Assembly (NCBI RefSeq): GCF_006345805.1
Contig: NC_043000.1
Location: 103,602,001-103,666,000 of the forward strand
DNA length: 64,000 nucleotides
Direction: 5' to 3'
Origin: Octopus sinensis
Lineage: Eukaryota
A program made the position numbers and the translations under genes. Of this stretch, positions 36,579 through 49,689 are shown one piece after another. The notes under the pieces were generated by a model. That model did not search any database. It saw nothing but the letters and a program-made list of their open reading frames with translations, and was not told where the DNA came from. Within the stretch, counting starts at the first letter, position 1. Each line of letters opens with the position of its first letter.

Positions 36579-37372
36579 GAAACAAGAATGCTAAGGGAAC
36601 AGCAGTAACATGGCTGAAGTGTGTGTGTGCGCAAGCATGTAAGAATAACGTGTTTATGTGTATGTATGTGTGAGGTTTTGTCTATATATGTACTTCCACC
36701 TTCATATAAACATGTATTTACGCGCGTGCACGCACACACACACGTCGATATGCGCACAAACATGTATACATGTATGTATATATATGTATACACTCATACA
36801 CACATAAAATGACAGCGCAAGCACACACACCCACACCTTCTCTTTCTCAACTCCTTACTGAGATATAAATATAAATACAGAGAAATAAAAATTGAAACGT
36901 TATATACTGTTTGAAGAATTCAATGATTAACATTTGCTTTGAATTCATTCCAAACAAATATAAGTTTTCACAGTCACACGTAGACGATATTTCAGCGTCT
37001 TACTAATTAAATATTATAGTCGTTGTTTATTCAATTCATTTATTCATTGTCGGCCAATTGGACACTTAATATAATTTACAAATGGATTGAACTGACAAGT
37101 GCTCCATAAATCTATGTGTGTCTTTCCAAACAATAAATAATTTGCATGCAGTCTGATTGGGCGACTTCATGAAAACACCGATAGTCGAACAAGATAACTA
37201 CGTAGACTAGAAAGACGGCGCAAATCGGTTTTCCATTGACTTCTGCTGTCAAAGATGTTTGGTTGCTAAAGAATACGTACGTACGCGTGCGTATGCGTGT
37301 GTGTGTGCGTGTGTGTGTGTATGTGTGTGTGTGTGTGCGTGCGTGTGTGTGTGTGTGTGTCTGTGTCTGTGT

Positions 37373-37408
<36 letters not shown>

Positions 37409-38294
37409 ATGCAATGCAATGGATACATACCTACATACTTGCATGCACGCACACATGAACTCATTCAGACACATACAAATTTTGTTTTGTTGTCCTTGTT
37501 TCAAGTGAAACCAGCTTTCTTTGAAGATAGCTATGATCCTGTATTTATTTTTTCTGGCAAAATGTATCTACACCTGCATTATCTATTAGAAATCCAGTCC
37601 TACATTATAGGACAGGATTTGAAGGATACTGTCAACTATTTTTATACTAGATCAGTTTGTTCGTTAATACATATTACCTTTTTTTTAATGATATTTAACT
37701 CTGTTTTGAATATGAATGTAACGCGTCTATAATATTCTATCTTAATTTCTTTTTACATTTGTATATGATTAAAACTTTATCTAGTATATTAAATTTCTAT
37801 TATTTGCAAGTTTGCTTCGTTTAACTCTTTTACACTTCTTTTTTAATTTAACAATATTCGAGTGGCGTTTATCAGTTTTCGGTTCTTTGAGTTTGCTTCG
37901 GCGCACTTTTTTAAACCGAATTTCATATGATTTCCATTGTTTATCATCTGCGGAGTGTTAACTGTGCTGGTTACCTATTCAAAAAGACTTTTTGATCTTC
38001 TTGTAGTATTTGTGTCATGGGTTAAATGTGTTAACACCGGGTGGAAAAAAAGAATATAGAGGATGAAACATTTGGAACATTTCTATTCTAATAACGATGT
38101 GGTTCATTTCTGTAAATCCCTCTCTTTTTTGTATTTGCAGAATTGTTGTCCATTTATTCTTTATATGTTTGATACTCCTGCTTATAATTGGTGCTTCCTT
38201 ACACGAGGCAAATATTTCAAAACTCCATTAGTAGGGAACACTATAAAAAACCTTCTGATAGCCTAACCATATTTTACTCAGAATATAATTCTGG

Positions 38295-40065
38295 CAAGGG
38301 TGGGGCTTTGGTCCATTTAGACCAATCTAAAGTATTCGATAGGGTTGACCATCGCTACCTGGTGTCCCTTCTTGCACAGTTCGGGCTGGGTCTTGGCTTC
38401 CTCGGGTGGATCATACAGTTATATGACAACATCGACTCGATCGTTCGGGTGAACGGCTTTCTTTTTTAGCCGTTCTGTACCAAACGTTCGTTTCGCCAAG
38501 GATGTCCACTCTCACCGCTTTTGTATGTGATGGCTCTGGAGCCGTTACTGCGAAAGTTGAGTGGCATCCCGAGGGAACCAGTTGATGGAGGATCGGTTTC
38601 AGTATATGTGGACGACATCACCCTCATCGTGACCAAGATAGAACACCTACAGAGGGTAGGTGAAACCATTAATGTTTATGAGACGGTGGCAAGATCAAAG
38701 ATTAACCGGGAAAAATCAGTCGGCTTGCAACTCGGCACCTGGAGGGGCAAATCGATGCTTTCGAATAGCGTCGTGGGACGTTGGACGGAGGGCCCGGTTA
38801 AGTTGCTAGGAGTCTGGTTTGGCCCAGACCTCCAAGTAGAAAAGAACTGGGCAGAATTATCAAGCAAGGTGACCCTCATAGTCAAGACCTGGTCTTGGCG
38901 GTGGCTATACTTGAAAGGGAGGGCGGAAGTGGCCAATGTGTTTATCGCATCGGTCATCATTTATCGCCTAACCATCGTTCCCTGTCCTGATTCGTGATTG
39001 AGCAAGTTGGAGAGACAAATCTTCCGCTTTTTGTGGAAGGGCTCGACTCCAATTGTGAGGTTTTCTATCTGCTGTCCGAAGCCGTTGAAAGGACAACTAT
39101 GGATGTCTTGGCTGATGATGCGCAAGCACGCGCTGAGGTTGAGGCTTGCGAAACGGATGTTTCCTAGGTTTACCAGTTTTGGTAGACGAGAAAGCTGGTT
39201 TCGTCGAAGATCGAGGTTGGGCACATGGTTTACGGAGTGCCGTAAGGCCCTCCTGCTGTTCCGTTGCTCGGGTAGTGCCAGCGGTTTTGGTACCACCACA
39301 TCTTTCTATAGCAGGTTGGTGGAGGCTGGAAACGATGATGCCCTGGGAGAGACCTTGAGTCTCGATGATAACCGGTTAGTCAGTCTGTTCCAAAGGACAT
39401 TCGACCCGGGGACTTTGGATAACTTCCAAAAATCTCTAGCCTGACAATGTTACCGAGGAGCCGTACCCGTTCGGAATAAGCTCACCAGACACGACCAGCC
39501 TGGTCCAAATGCCTGTCCAGGATGTGAGCAGGATAGAGAAAACGTCCTGCACGCTATTGTTCAGTGTCCAGAAGTGTCAGAAGTGTGGACTTATGCGGAA
39601 CACTTGTTGGATTTAAGAAGAGTACAGCTGTCGTCTGAATCAATTTTAAAAATTGGCCCACCGGATTTCCTCACGAAAGAAGGAAAGAATTGCTTTCACG
39701 CAGTAGTAGCAATTGCGAAAGAGGCGATATGGAAGACGAGAATGAAAGGAATGGCGACAGGCAATTTCATCTCCGGTCTCGAGTTGGTGAGATTCTTTGC
39801 CTTTCACCTGAAAGTGAGGCTGGAGAGAAGATGCCTGTCGGTGAGGATGTTTAAAGACAGATGGATGCGTGTAGGGAGAATGCTGGGTGTGAAAGATTCC
39901 CTGTGAACGTGCCATAAGGTTGAAGAAAAAGGTACCGGTAGCAGAACAGGGCTCGCGGAGTTGGAGCGTAACCTGTTTTTCTATCTCATTGGACATGAGT
40001 GTCTAACCCCAATCAGGCTGTGCTGTCCTCACTATGTTGGCCCCTTGTGGGCAATAAAGAAACAA
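38295..40065 (+). mobile_element. 5'-truncated L1/Tx1-clade LINE, degenerate
   Basis: LDQSKVFDRVDHRYL, RQGCPLSPLLY, YVDD and the C-terminal cysteine motif; 3' end gccccttgtgggcaataaagaaa at 40040-40062. Confidence 0.92.
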
Positions 40066-40152
40066 ATTTTACTCATAACATTATTTCTTCCTCTACATTC
40101 TTCGGATCTGGTCAAAAGGTAAAGATCGCAACAAATTTGTAGCCGAAGAATG

Positions 40153-40677
40153 GGATCTTTACCATTTGACCGGCAGATTTAGAAAATAATTTTCAGATTT
40201 AGAAAATAAATTTTTGTAACTTTCAAACTTCGGACACTGGGAGAATGTGTCATATAAAATATCTTTTACTCTTAGCGTTTTTGAGAAAGGTTTATATTTA
40301 CGAAGTTATTTCGTGTTAAACTTGTCGTATTTCGGTAATTTCAACCAATCAATGATGTGTATTCAGCTGAATAAAATTACTGCTGTTGTTTGTCAACAAC
40401 AACTTCCGGCGGTGACAAACGAAATATACACTGCTGACAGTTGTTGTTGACAAACAACAGCAGTGATTTTATTCAGCTGAATACACGTCATTGATTGGTT
40501 AAAATTACCGAAATAGGACAACTTTAACACGAAATAACTTCGAAAATAGAAACTTTTCTCAAAAATGCTAACAGTAAAACATGTTTTATATGACACATTC
40601 CACCACTGTCCAAAGTTTGAACGTGTTTAGTTACAAAAAATTATTTTTTAAATCTGTAGGTCAAAAGGTAAAGATCC
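40153..40677. mobile_element. Same MITE family, centre deleted; almost entirely palindromic
   Basis: Arms match those of 41801-42604; GGATC termini; no matching 8-bp TSD. Confidence 0.85.
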
Positions 40678-41324
40678 CTGCAGAAACTAAAACTAAACTA
40701 CTTATTGTCTGACTTTTTAGTCGTAGTTTAATATAGGTATTCAAAAAGAAAATCCCATGCCCAACATAAATCTAACTTGGAAAAATATGAAAATGTTGGA
40801 AACTCGTTTGGATTCAGCATAAATAATAGGACATGAATCAGCTACTTTTATTTTACGCACACGAGAGAGAGGGGGGGAGGAGAGAGAGGGGGAGGGAGGG
40901 AGGGGAGAGAGACAGAGACAGAGAGCGACACAGACAGGCAGACAGACAGGCAGACAGACAGACAAACACAGAAATAGAGACAGGCAGATTTTTATTACAT
41001 TTGTCTGTTCATGTAATTCAAAGTTTTCTTTGGCTGCTAGTCTCGTGAGACTGAGCGTAAAGGTAAATGAATGGAATAATTTTCCACCAAACTATTTTTT
41101 TTTCTCCAGGCCCACGGTCTAAAATTTGCGGAGACAAGGCTAGTCGATTACATCGATCAACTAATACTTATTTTATCGACCTTGAAAAGGATGAAAAGTC
41201 AACCTCGGCGGAATTTGAACTCAGATCGTAAAGACTGAATAATTAACGTGAAACATTTTGTCCAGTGTGCTAATGATTTTACTGACTTGCTGCCTTTACC
41301 GTCATATATATTAATTTATTGAAT

Positions 41325-41730
41325 AGGAATCAAGGTGGCGAGCTGGCAGAAACGTTAGCACGCCGGGCGAAATGCGTAGCCGTATTTTGTCTGCCGTTAC
41401 GTTCTGAGTTCAAATTCCGCCGAGGTCGACTTTGCCTTTCATCCTTTCGGGGTCGATTAAATAAGTACCAGTTACGCACTGGGGTCGATATAATCGACTT
41501 AATCTGTTTGTCTGTCCTTGTTTGTCCTCTCTGAGTTTAGCCCCTTGTGGGTAGTAAAGAAATAAGTATTTCGTTTGTCTTATCATTCTGAATTCTAATT
41601 CCATCAAGATCGACTTTGTCTTTCATCCTTTCGGTGTTGTTAAAATAAGTACCAGATGAGCACTGGAGTCGATATATTTGACTAACCCGCTTCCACGAAA
41701 CTGCTGGCTTTGAGACAAACTTTGAAGCCA
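41325..41730 (+). mobile_element. Type A SINE with LINE-like tail, plus a second partial copy
   Basis: Full head, tail gccccttgtgggtagtaaagaaa at 41540-41562. Confidence 0.88.
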
Positions 41731-41800
41731 ATATATGAAAAAGGAATTACGGCGATGAATCTCGGTGGCCAGTCCTGTAATACTATTACATAAAATTTAA

Positions 41801-42604
41801 GGATCTCTACCTTTTGACCGGCAGACTTAGAAAATATTTTTTTGTAACTAAACACTTTCAAATTTCGTATACTGGTAGAATGTGTCATATAAAATATCTT
41901 TTACTCTTAGCGTTTTTGAGAAAAGTTTATATTTACGAAGTTATTTCGTTTTAAAGTTGTATTTCGGTAATTTCAGCCAATCAATGTCGTGTATTCAGTT
42001 GAATAAAATTACTGCCGTTGTTTGTCAAGAACTATCGGCGGTGTATATTTCGTTTGTCACTGTTATTTATGACATCGTTCGTGTGTTTGTACTGGTTTTA
42101 GCTTTAAGGTTTTAGCTTTAGGGTTAGGGTTTTAGGGTTTTAGGGTTAGGGCTAGGGTTTTAGGGTTAGGGTTAGGGTTAAGGTTTTAGGATTAGGGTTA
42201 AGGTTAGGGTTGGGGTTTTAGGGTTAGAGTTACGGAAAAAAAATTTAAATGAAGCACGAACGATTATGGTGGTGCCATGAATTAAACATGCTTCAGATAC
42301 ACTCGTTTATTTATACAAGCGTAACTGAGATGAAATATGTCATAAATAACTGTGACAAACGAAATATACATTGCCGGAAGTTGTTGTTGACAAACAACAG
42401 CAGTAATTTTATTCAGCTGAATACACGTCATTGATTGGTTGAAGTTACCAAAATACGACAACTTTAACAAGAAATAACTTCCAAAATACAAAATTTTCTC
42501 AACAACGCCAAGAGTAAAAGATGTTTTATGTGACACATTCTACCAGTATACGAAGTTTGAAAGTGTTTAGTTACAAAAATCCGTCGGTCAAAAGGTAAAG
42601 ATCC
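41801..42604. mobile_element. GGATC-ended foldback MITE with ~260-bp TIRs, central (TTAGGG)n and 8-bp TSD
   Basis: TSD aaatttaa at 41793-41800 and 42605-42612; TTAGGG-type array ~42096-42228. Confidence 0.9.
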
Positions 42605-43624
42605 AAATTTAACAATAGTTTTAGGTAAAATAATTAAAGAACTGTGTACGTTGTGCGTCGGTAGGGGAGAAGAAACTTTCAGAGAGGTGAAAGAAAAAAG
42701 AAGAAAGGAAATTAAATTTTGCCTAAGAATAACTTTGACAGTTTAAGGCTTGCTTTCGCCAAAGAAAAAAATTACTGAAAAAGAAAACGGGGTTTCAGTC
42801 TCCCTAAAACCTTAAGGTATTTATGATAATATCTATTATATTTGTCATTAAATAATCTAAGCATGCAAACTAACCGATTCGTTTTACAAATCAGTTTTTT
42901 TTTAATTTACGGTTTATTTTAAAGACGTAAGAGTAAGTAACTCTATATTATCTCGAAAACATTCATTTAGAAGTCAATATTCTAAGTCTGTGCTGCTTTA
43001 TTAATTCAATTATATTAGAATTGTTTTATGCATGCATCGAAGTGTCTGTGTTATAATGATGAACCTTTGGTAATGTTTGCAAAAACAAAACAGACGGTAA
43101 ATAGAACCAAGAACGATAATCCTTGCTAGTTAATTACTAGAGTTATGTCCCCTATCCTTTTACTAAATTGTTTTAAACCGCAAAAACAAATGTCTCTAAA
43201 ATAAAAGTAGCTGATTCATGTAGCATTATTGGTGCTGAATCCAAACGAGTTTCTGACATTTTACGATTTTCCCGGACAGTAGTCATGAAACATTGTGCGG
43301 CTTCACTTGCCCTGATAACGCTATTGTTATTCTTTTTTTACACGCTCTTTTAGGTATCTCCACGCAATATCACCTTTATCGCACCCAATGTTTTTGCCAA
43401 CCTTTAAAGGTAAAAAAAAAAAAAATCATCATCTTCAACGTTATTCGTATTTCAAACAGTTATGGTCTAACTGTAATTACTCCTGGTAAACTATATATTA
43501 GAACGTTCCTAACTACATGCTACGTAAGGCGAAGGGAAGTAATTAGAGAAAAGAGAATGAACTCTTATGGTTGGGACGATGGTAAAGGCGTTGGCGGTGA
43601 CGTTGGTATTAATAATGGCGAATG

Positions 43625-43694
<70 letters not shown>

Positions 43695-44396
43695 GAGAAA
43701 GAGGGAAAGAATAAAGAGAGGCAAAAATAATGGCATCAATGCAGAAATATATACGGAGAACACGAGTGATAGGGAAAGTGAGACAAAAGTTTGTAAGAAG
43801 TATAAACCTGACTTACAAGGAGAGTCAAAGTAAACGTGAAAGAGAAAGAGTGACAGTAAAACGTATATTCAAACACGAAATGGGAGGGGTAGTAGGAAGA
43901 AGATAAAGATGTAACAAAATTTCTGACGTCAACGCATCTTTACTTATTCTCTCATTTCTGTTCTCTTCCTCTCCATCCCCTTCCCTTCCCTCTCTGTTTG
44001 AAGTGTTTCTTTTACAAATGTATCTGCATTTATCCTAGAATATAAAATAATGACTTTTCATTTTGGTAAAAGACCAACAAATTTGAAGGAAGTGCTTTGT
44101 CGATACCATCGACCCCAAGTAAGTATTATTTCATTACAAAAATGGTACAAAGGCTAAGATGTTTGTGTGTGTATATATATATATATATATATGGGCAGAA
44201 TTTAAGTTAGTTGAAATATGTTTGTCATATATTTCAACAGCTAAAAGGCAAATACACTGCAGTTACCATGAAGAAAAATATCTCTTAAGATAAAAAGGTG
44301 TGAAAACATCCAGTTCGTTCAATGTCGCCATCTGTCAGGAATCTCAGACAGCGATCTTTCGAGGTTTTTAACTCTTGTCAATGAGATGTACCTAAG

Positions 44397-47078
44397 AGAT
44401 GACTCCTTATTATGATAATTATATATCACACATAGATGGGACGACACCACACGAAGTTTAGCTCTGAATCTACACCCTTCGTGTTTAGCTTTGAGATGAC
44501 GGAAAAAAAAAACACTTTCGCCGCCATCACTCTGGATGCAGAGTCAGGCTCCTTGGCCTCATCTAATTCCTTAATTAAGGCCCCTTCTATTCTAGTCTTA
44601 TCTAGACTTTACTGTTTACTAAATCTAATAGACTCAGAACGAATGGCTTGCTTGAGGGCACACCACCATCTATTTTTAATAATGGCACCGGTTAATGCCC
44701 CCTGCACTAACTCCTTAACCCGGCCACAGAAGGTTTTACAAGTCAAAATAGACTTTTTCATCTTCCAGTACCCTTGTTTCTACCTATGACACTTATCTAG
44801 GTACACCTCACAAACTTGTGATCCGTGTAAGGGACACAACAAAAGCATGGACAACTAAACGTATTTCTATCTCTAACGAATATTCTATCTATATATGATC
44901 TGAGCGAACTATCGTTATTAGTCCACGTCTTCTGTGGAACGAGCGGTTCATCCAATCTGTATCGGTCTACTAGATTATAGCTTTCAAGTAGCCTTTTGAG
45001 GCCAGGGTTTCCCCTTCGATCAGTCGAGCCAACACTATCCACCCGTGCGTCGAGAATAGTGTTAAAGTCTCCTAGTACAACTAGTTTTTGACGTCACTAA
45101 GAAATTATCCAGGTCCCGGTAAAAACCAGCCTATCTATACTCTTTTGGTGCGTAGACAGCTAACCTGAAGAACTGTTTACTTACGTGTGTTACATCCAAA
45201 TTGACCAGCCTACCTGCTGGGTCCAGAAAGACTGTACTTACCTGCACGTCCAAGTTTTTCCAGAATAAAACCACTACACCTCCGCCGACTAGGAGAAATA
45301 AATTTCTCGTAGCCATTTAGAAAAGGCGAGAAGGTCGTTCAGGAGACACATTTGTTTCCATTTCGACCCTAGGCCACGCGCATTTACACATCCTAGCTTA
45401 ATATTCAAAGTAAAGTGTGCTTACTTACATTTTAAGGAGGGGCTGCAAGAATTTAGCTTCCTTCCCATCCTTTTTCTTTTGTGGTGTAGCCGCTGGACTT
45501 ACCAAAAAGGTTCTACCGGCCATCTCTTGGCTCACATCTTTTAAGTCGTCGGGATATCTCCCTTTCAGTTCGGCGAATAGTCCCATCTCCATCCTCGCGA
45601 TTCGGATGTGCGGGGGCATGTCCTCGCTGGCTTTGTAAACCTGCGCTTTGTAATGAGCTCTAATGACTCTTGCTAGTACTTCGTTTTTGTCATTGAAAGA
45701 CTATTTTATTTTGCGTCTTAGGGTGGGGTTGGGTAATAGGTTTTAGTAAGGGGATAGTGTGGGGTGTTTTTTTCCTGTGTGTCTGTAACTGACTTAGTTG
45801 TTTTCTGTGAAAGGGGAGGGAAGTCCAGGGCTTGGGTCTTTTTCCTCTTTTGGGATTTTACCACAGTAAAGTCGATTTCTTCATCTGTGTTTTGAGCTAT
45901 TTCTTGTGTTTCTTCCGGTGTTTTCGGCTATCCTTGCCGTTTGTTTCTCTTTCTCGCGTCTTTAACGGTTCTTTTTAGGAAGGGGCTTACATTCAGAGCG
46001 GACGTGACTCTTTACGCCGCACTTAAAGCAGCGTAGCCTACGCCCCTCTACTGCAACCCTCACACTCAGCCCCTCCCCTATAAACACCCTATCAGGCAGC
46101 CCTTCTAGGATTTCTAGGGTGACTTGACCCACGACCTCAAGGGTCAGCGGCTTCCAATTTTCAACCTCTTTTTTGTTCATCTATAAAATAGACATTTTTT
46201 TCTCTCATATCGTAGTTGATGGCTGCTGCTATCCAAATTTCGTCGAATCTAGCCGGTATTTCTTCCAGTGATTTTTGCCTTTCTTCTGCCCAAATATGTT
46301 GGTAGCAAAATTATTTGATCGTTTTTTAATGTTCTGGTTGATAATTCCTTCACTGTGTTCTCGTTAGCAAACTGTGCCTCGACCGTGGCATTCCTTCTAC
46401 CACGGCTAACGTACACAATTTTGTTCCGTATAGGCGCTAGACTCCTTTCAATTACTTCATTTGTACATGTTACAACCCTTTTTTCCCTTTAAATTATACG
46501 TCTTATACATTACCGTTCTCGCAGCTGTATTCTGTACAATTTATTGCGGAGGGAGCAATTTTTTACCGTTTTTTTTTTTTTTTGTGAGATTCGTATACTT
46601 GAGCAATTCTACCATAGTCACCTCCAGCTCTTATCATATTACCGCCTACAGCGGCCAAAAAACTTGCTTTTCCTTGAGTACTTGTTTCACATTATCAGTT
46701 TATTTACTTGGTACATGTTTCATTTATGGGAAATCCTCCTAAGACAGTAAGTCGTACTCCATAATGAAATTTCACAGAAAAATAAATTCTTTCCAAAGGA
46801 ATATACAAATTGACAACAAATATTTTTGCCAAAATTATTTAACACCAATAATATTTTTTAACGCTGTAAAGGGTAAAAAATCAAAGAGCTCAAATTACAA
46901 GTTCAAATAGCAGCTGTTTCCAACAATATCAAATTTCACAATTTTCTGCCCGGCAGGGTGAAAATAATAGTTCACAAATTAACAACAGTTCGAATTTCAA
47001 CAAGTACACCAAACAGTGCAATAACAATGAAGCATTAGATAATAACAAATTACTCACAAACACGCAGCAGCCAAAAGT
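44397..47078 (-). mobile_element. L1/Tx1-clade element (copy B) with 5' region, ORF1 and endonuclease but no RT, flanked by a 13-bp direct repeat
   Basis: ORF1 LLPTYLGRR and CFKCGVKSHVRSEC zinc knuckle; EN motifs YIDRIF and YTDHK. ORF2 homology stops at ~44440 and joins a 3' tail like that of copy A. agatgtacctaag at 44384-44396 and 47079-47091. Confidence 0.85.
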
Positions 47079-47091
47079 AGATGTACCTAAG

Positions 47092-48550
47092 CGATTATTC
47101 TTTATTACGCTAATTATATATCAGACATAGAGGGGGCAGTACGGGACATTACAAATAAATAATAGTGCGTTTATGAGTTCTTTTAAAAGTGGTTTTAAAA
47201 ATATGATGATGAATGTTATGTTTTAAAAGTTTACAAGTTTTCACTTGGCCGTGAAGCCCAACAGCTATACCATACTTTTCTAGCATGGATAAGATTAAGT
47301 AGAGTCATTCGTAGCCAACTTCTTGCCACATCCTTCCATCTTTTCCCGAATATACTTCACGACAGGTGTCTCCTCTCCAGCCCTATCTTGCTCTTCAGAT
47401 GATATCTGAACTAATAGAACAAACCAGGGCCGGAGATGATAATTCCCGTCGCGACACCTTTCATTCTAGTTTTCCATATACACTCTTTCAGTACTGCGAC
47501 TGTGCATTAAAAAACATTCGTTACCTTCCTTTGATAGTCCGGGTGGTGGTACAATCTTGGTCTCGGACACAGCAGACGACTGTACTCTTCCTAGATACGA
47601 CAGCAAGTGTTCTTCGTAAATTATCAAGCCCGAAAGCACCGGGTACTGTACATGAACGTGCAGAACGGTTTCAGCGCCCTGCCCGCACCTTAGGCATGCC
47701 GCTGGCACAGACATTCCATGCCTAGACAATTTGTCGCGAACAGGTAACGCACTCTTATAGCACTGCCAGGTCAGGTATTTCTGGTAGTTATCTAGGTACC
47801 CCGGCCTGAAAGTTCTTTGAAACAGGTTAGCTAGTTGGCCTTCATTGAGCCCCAGAGCTTCTCCTAGGACGTCGTCCCTCTTAAATTCTACCATTCCACT
47901 ATAGAATACCGAGGTGGTGTTCCCGCTACTACCCTTGCCCATCTTATGGATTAGCACGAGTGCCTGTCGGTATTCCTTTTGCCATTCAGTCGTGTTACGT
48001 CTTTTAATGAGGTCGAGTTTGAGTTCCTCCAAGGAGGCCAGTCGTGGAATGGATTCCTCCGCCAGCGAATTCCGACCCCGGTCACTAACCAGATAGAGTC
48101 AGAAGTGCCTTAGCCTCAGCGCATGCCTGAACATCATTAGCCATGGCATCTCTAACCCACCCTTTAGCGGTTCTTGAGAGCAAACAGAGCGCCTCACAAA
48201 CGGTTTTCCTCATCTCCACAAAAAGCGGAAGAGAAGGCGTCCCAACATGCTTAGCCACGAATCAGATCAAGGGACAATGGTCAGACTGTAGGTGATAATT
48301 AATGCAATGTACACCTGCACCACTTCCGCCCTCCCTTTCAGGGATAGTGCCCTTCCAGACAAGGTCCGGGTTAGGGCCTTCACCCTATTTGCCACCCCAC
48401 TCCAATTCTTCCCCGTCTGGGAATCCGGTCCAAACCAGACTCCAAGCAACTTAACAGGACTATCCGTTCAGTGCCCCACGACACTGGACGTTATCGTCTT
48501 GCCACTCCAGCTGCCGATCCACAAGCCGATGGACTTGTCCTTGTTATACC
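47092..48550 (-). mobile_element. 5'-truncated L1/Tx1-clade LINE 3' half (copy A)
   Basis: GVWFGPD, LKGRAEV, LPVRDKL, CLRCGQGAETVLH; ends gcgtaataaagaataatcg. Confidence 0.9.
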
Positions 48551-48559
48551 GAACAATTG

Positions 48560-49675
48560 TGGTCCATTTCAAGACAGAAGGAAAAGCAAAAGAACACACA
48601 GTAACCACAGTAAAGTCGGAAAAAGTGGTCCTTCTACCCACTTATCTTGGAAGAAGGACTTCCAGGATTAGAGTGGAGGGAATTCCACCATAAATAGATG
48701 TGGTTTGGGTTGCAGCGGCTGTTCTTCTAGGAAGTAAAGAAGAAATAGCCGTCCTCCAAGTCACAAAAACAGAAAATTCGGTATGGAAAGGCCAAATATT
48801 GGACCTGATCATACAGGGTACTGCAGGAACACTGGTGGAAACGGTGACCACTGGAGATGTAGTGTTGAAAGTGTGGGTGGAGGGCAGAACCCCTCGTTGC
48901 TTCAAATGTGGCCAAAAAGTCACATTAGAGCACACTGCCCTCTACAGACGCCGAAAAGTCAGGAGGAAGCTGGAAAGAAGCCGGAGAAGGTGCAATAAGA
49001 AAAAAAGAGAAACGAAGAACAGTGGGAGGTAACTGAAGGAAGAAAAAGGAAGAGGAAGAAAGGACAGAGTGAAGTAGAACCCCAAACTATACCAACTCCA
49101 CCCATACCCTCTCCCCCACAGTCACCAAACTCACTCTTTCCCCTCCTACACAAAGCAAGAGAAAAAGAAGAAATACAAACTCCCCCGCCCAATGAAAATT
49201 GTTTCGTGTGTATGATGGTTGAAGGTGTGGACAAGGAACTGCTCAATAAGATAACAAAATGGAAGACTGCAAGATTTGTCCATGTCAAAGGATGCACAAA
49301 CATTGAGGGATGGTACTTATGTGTTCGGGTGTCCGAAAGCCAAAAAGACGAAATATTGAAATTTAAGAGGGGTTATAAGTGTTGGAGGGTGATTTCTGAT
49401 TTAAAGACGATACCAGACAATATAAAGTACGAGTAACTGACCGAGAAATATGGTATAAAGTACTTGGAATTTATAAGATAAAAGGAAGCATGTGATGCTG
49501 CTTGAAGTGAGGCAAGTAGCTCACTTTCATTATCATTTTCATTGTATCATTCATGCATATCATACGTTTTAATTTTTTAATTTTTTAATTTTTATTTATT
49601 TTTTCGTTTTTATATGTCCCCACATGTGTTTGTATTGTCCTCTCTTCGTTGGTCCCTTGTGGGTAATAAAAAATC
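48560..49675 (+). mobile_element. ORF1-only L1/Tx1-related element (HAL1-like)
   Basis: LLPTYLGRRTSRI and VWVEGRTPRCFKCGQK-GH zinc knuckle; ORF ends ~49436, then ~240 nt non-coding and tcccttgtgggtaataaaaaa; no ORF2 remnant seen. Confidence 0.7.
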
Positions 49676-49689
49676 ATCTCTTTCTTCCT

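Noticed and set aside
37500-37732. Open stretch VKPAFFEDSYDPVFIFSGK after a plus-strand acceptor
   Set aside because: No donor, no recognisable motif and no partner exons.
42096-42228. (TTAGGG)n as a relic of chromosome fusion
   Set aside because: It lies inside a TIR pair with an exact 8-bp TSD, so it arrived with a transposon.
48540-48570. Head-to-head LINE junction resembling a twin-priming inversion
   Set aside because: The plus-strand part has its own 3' tail and lacks ORF2, so it is better read as a separate element.
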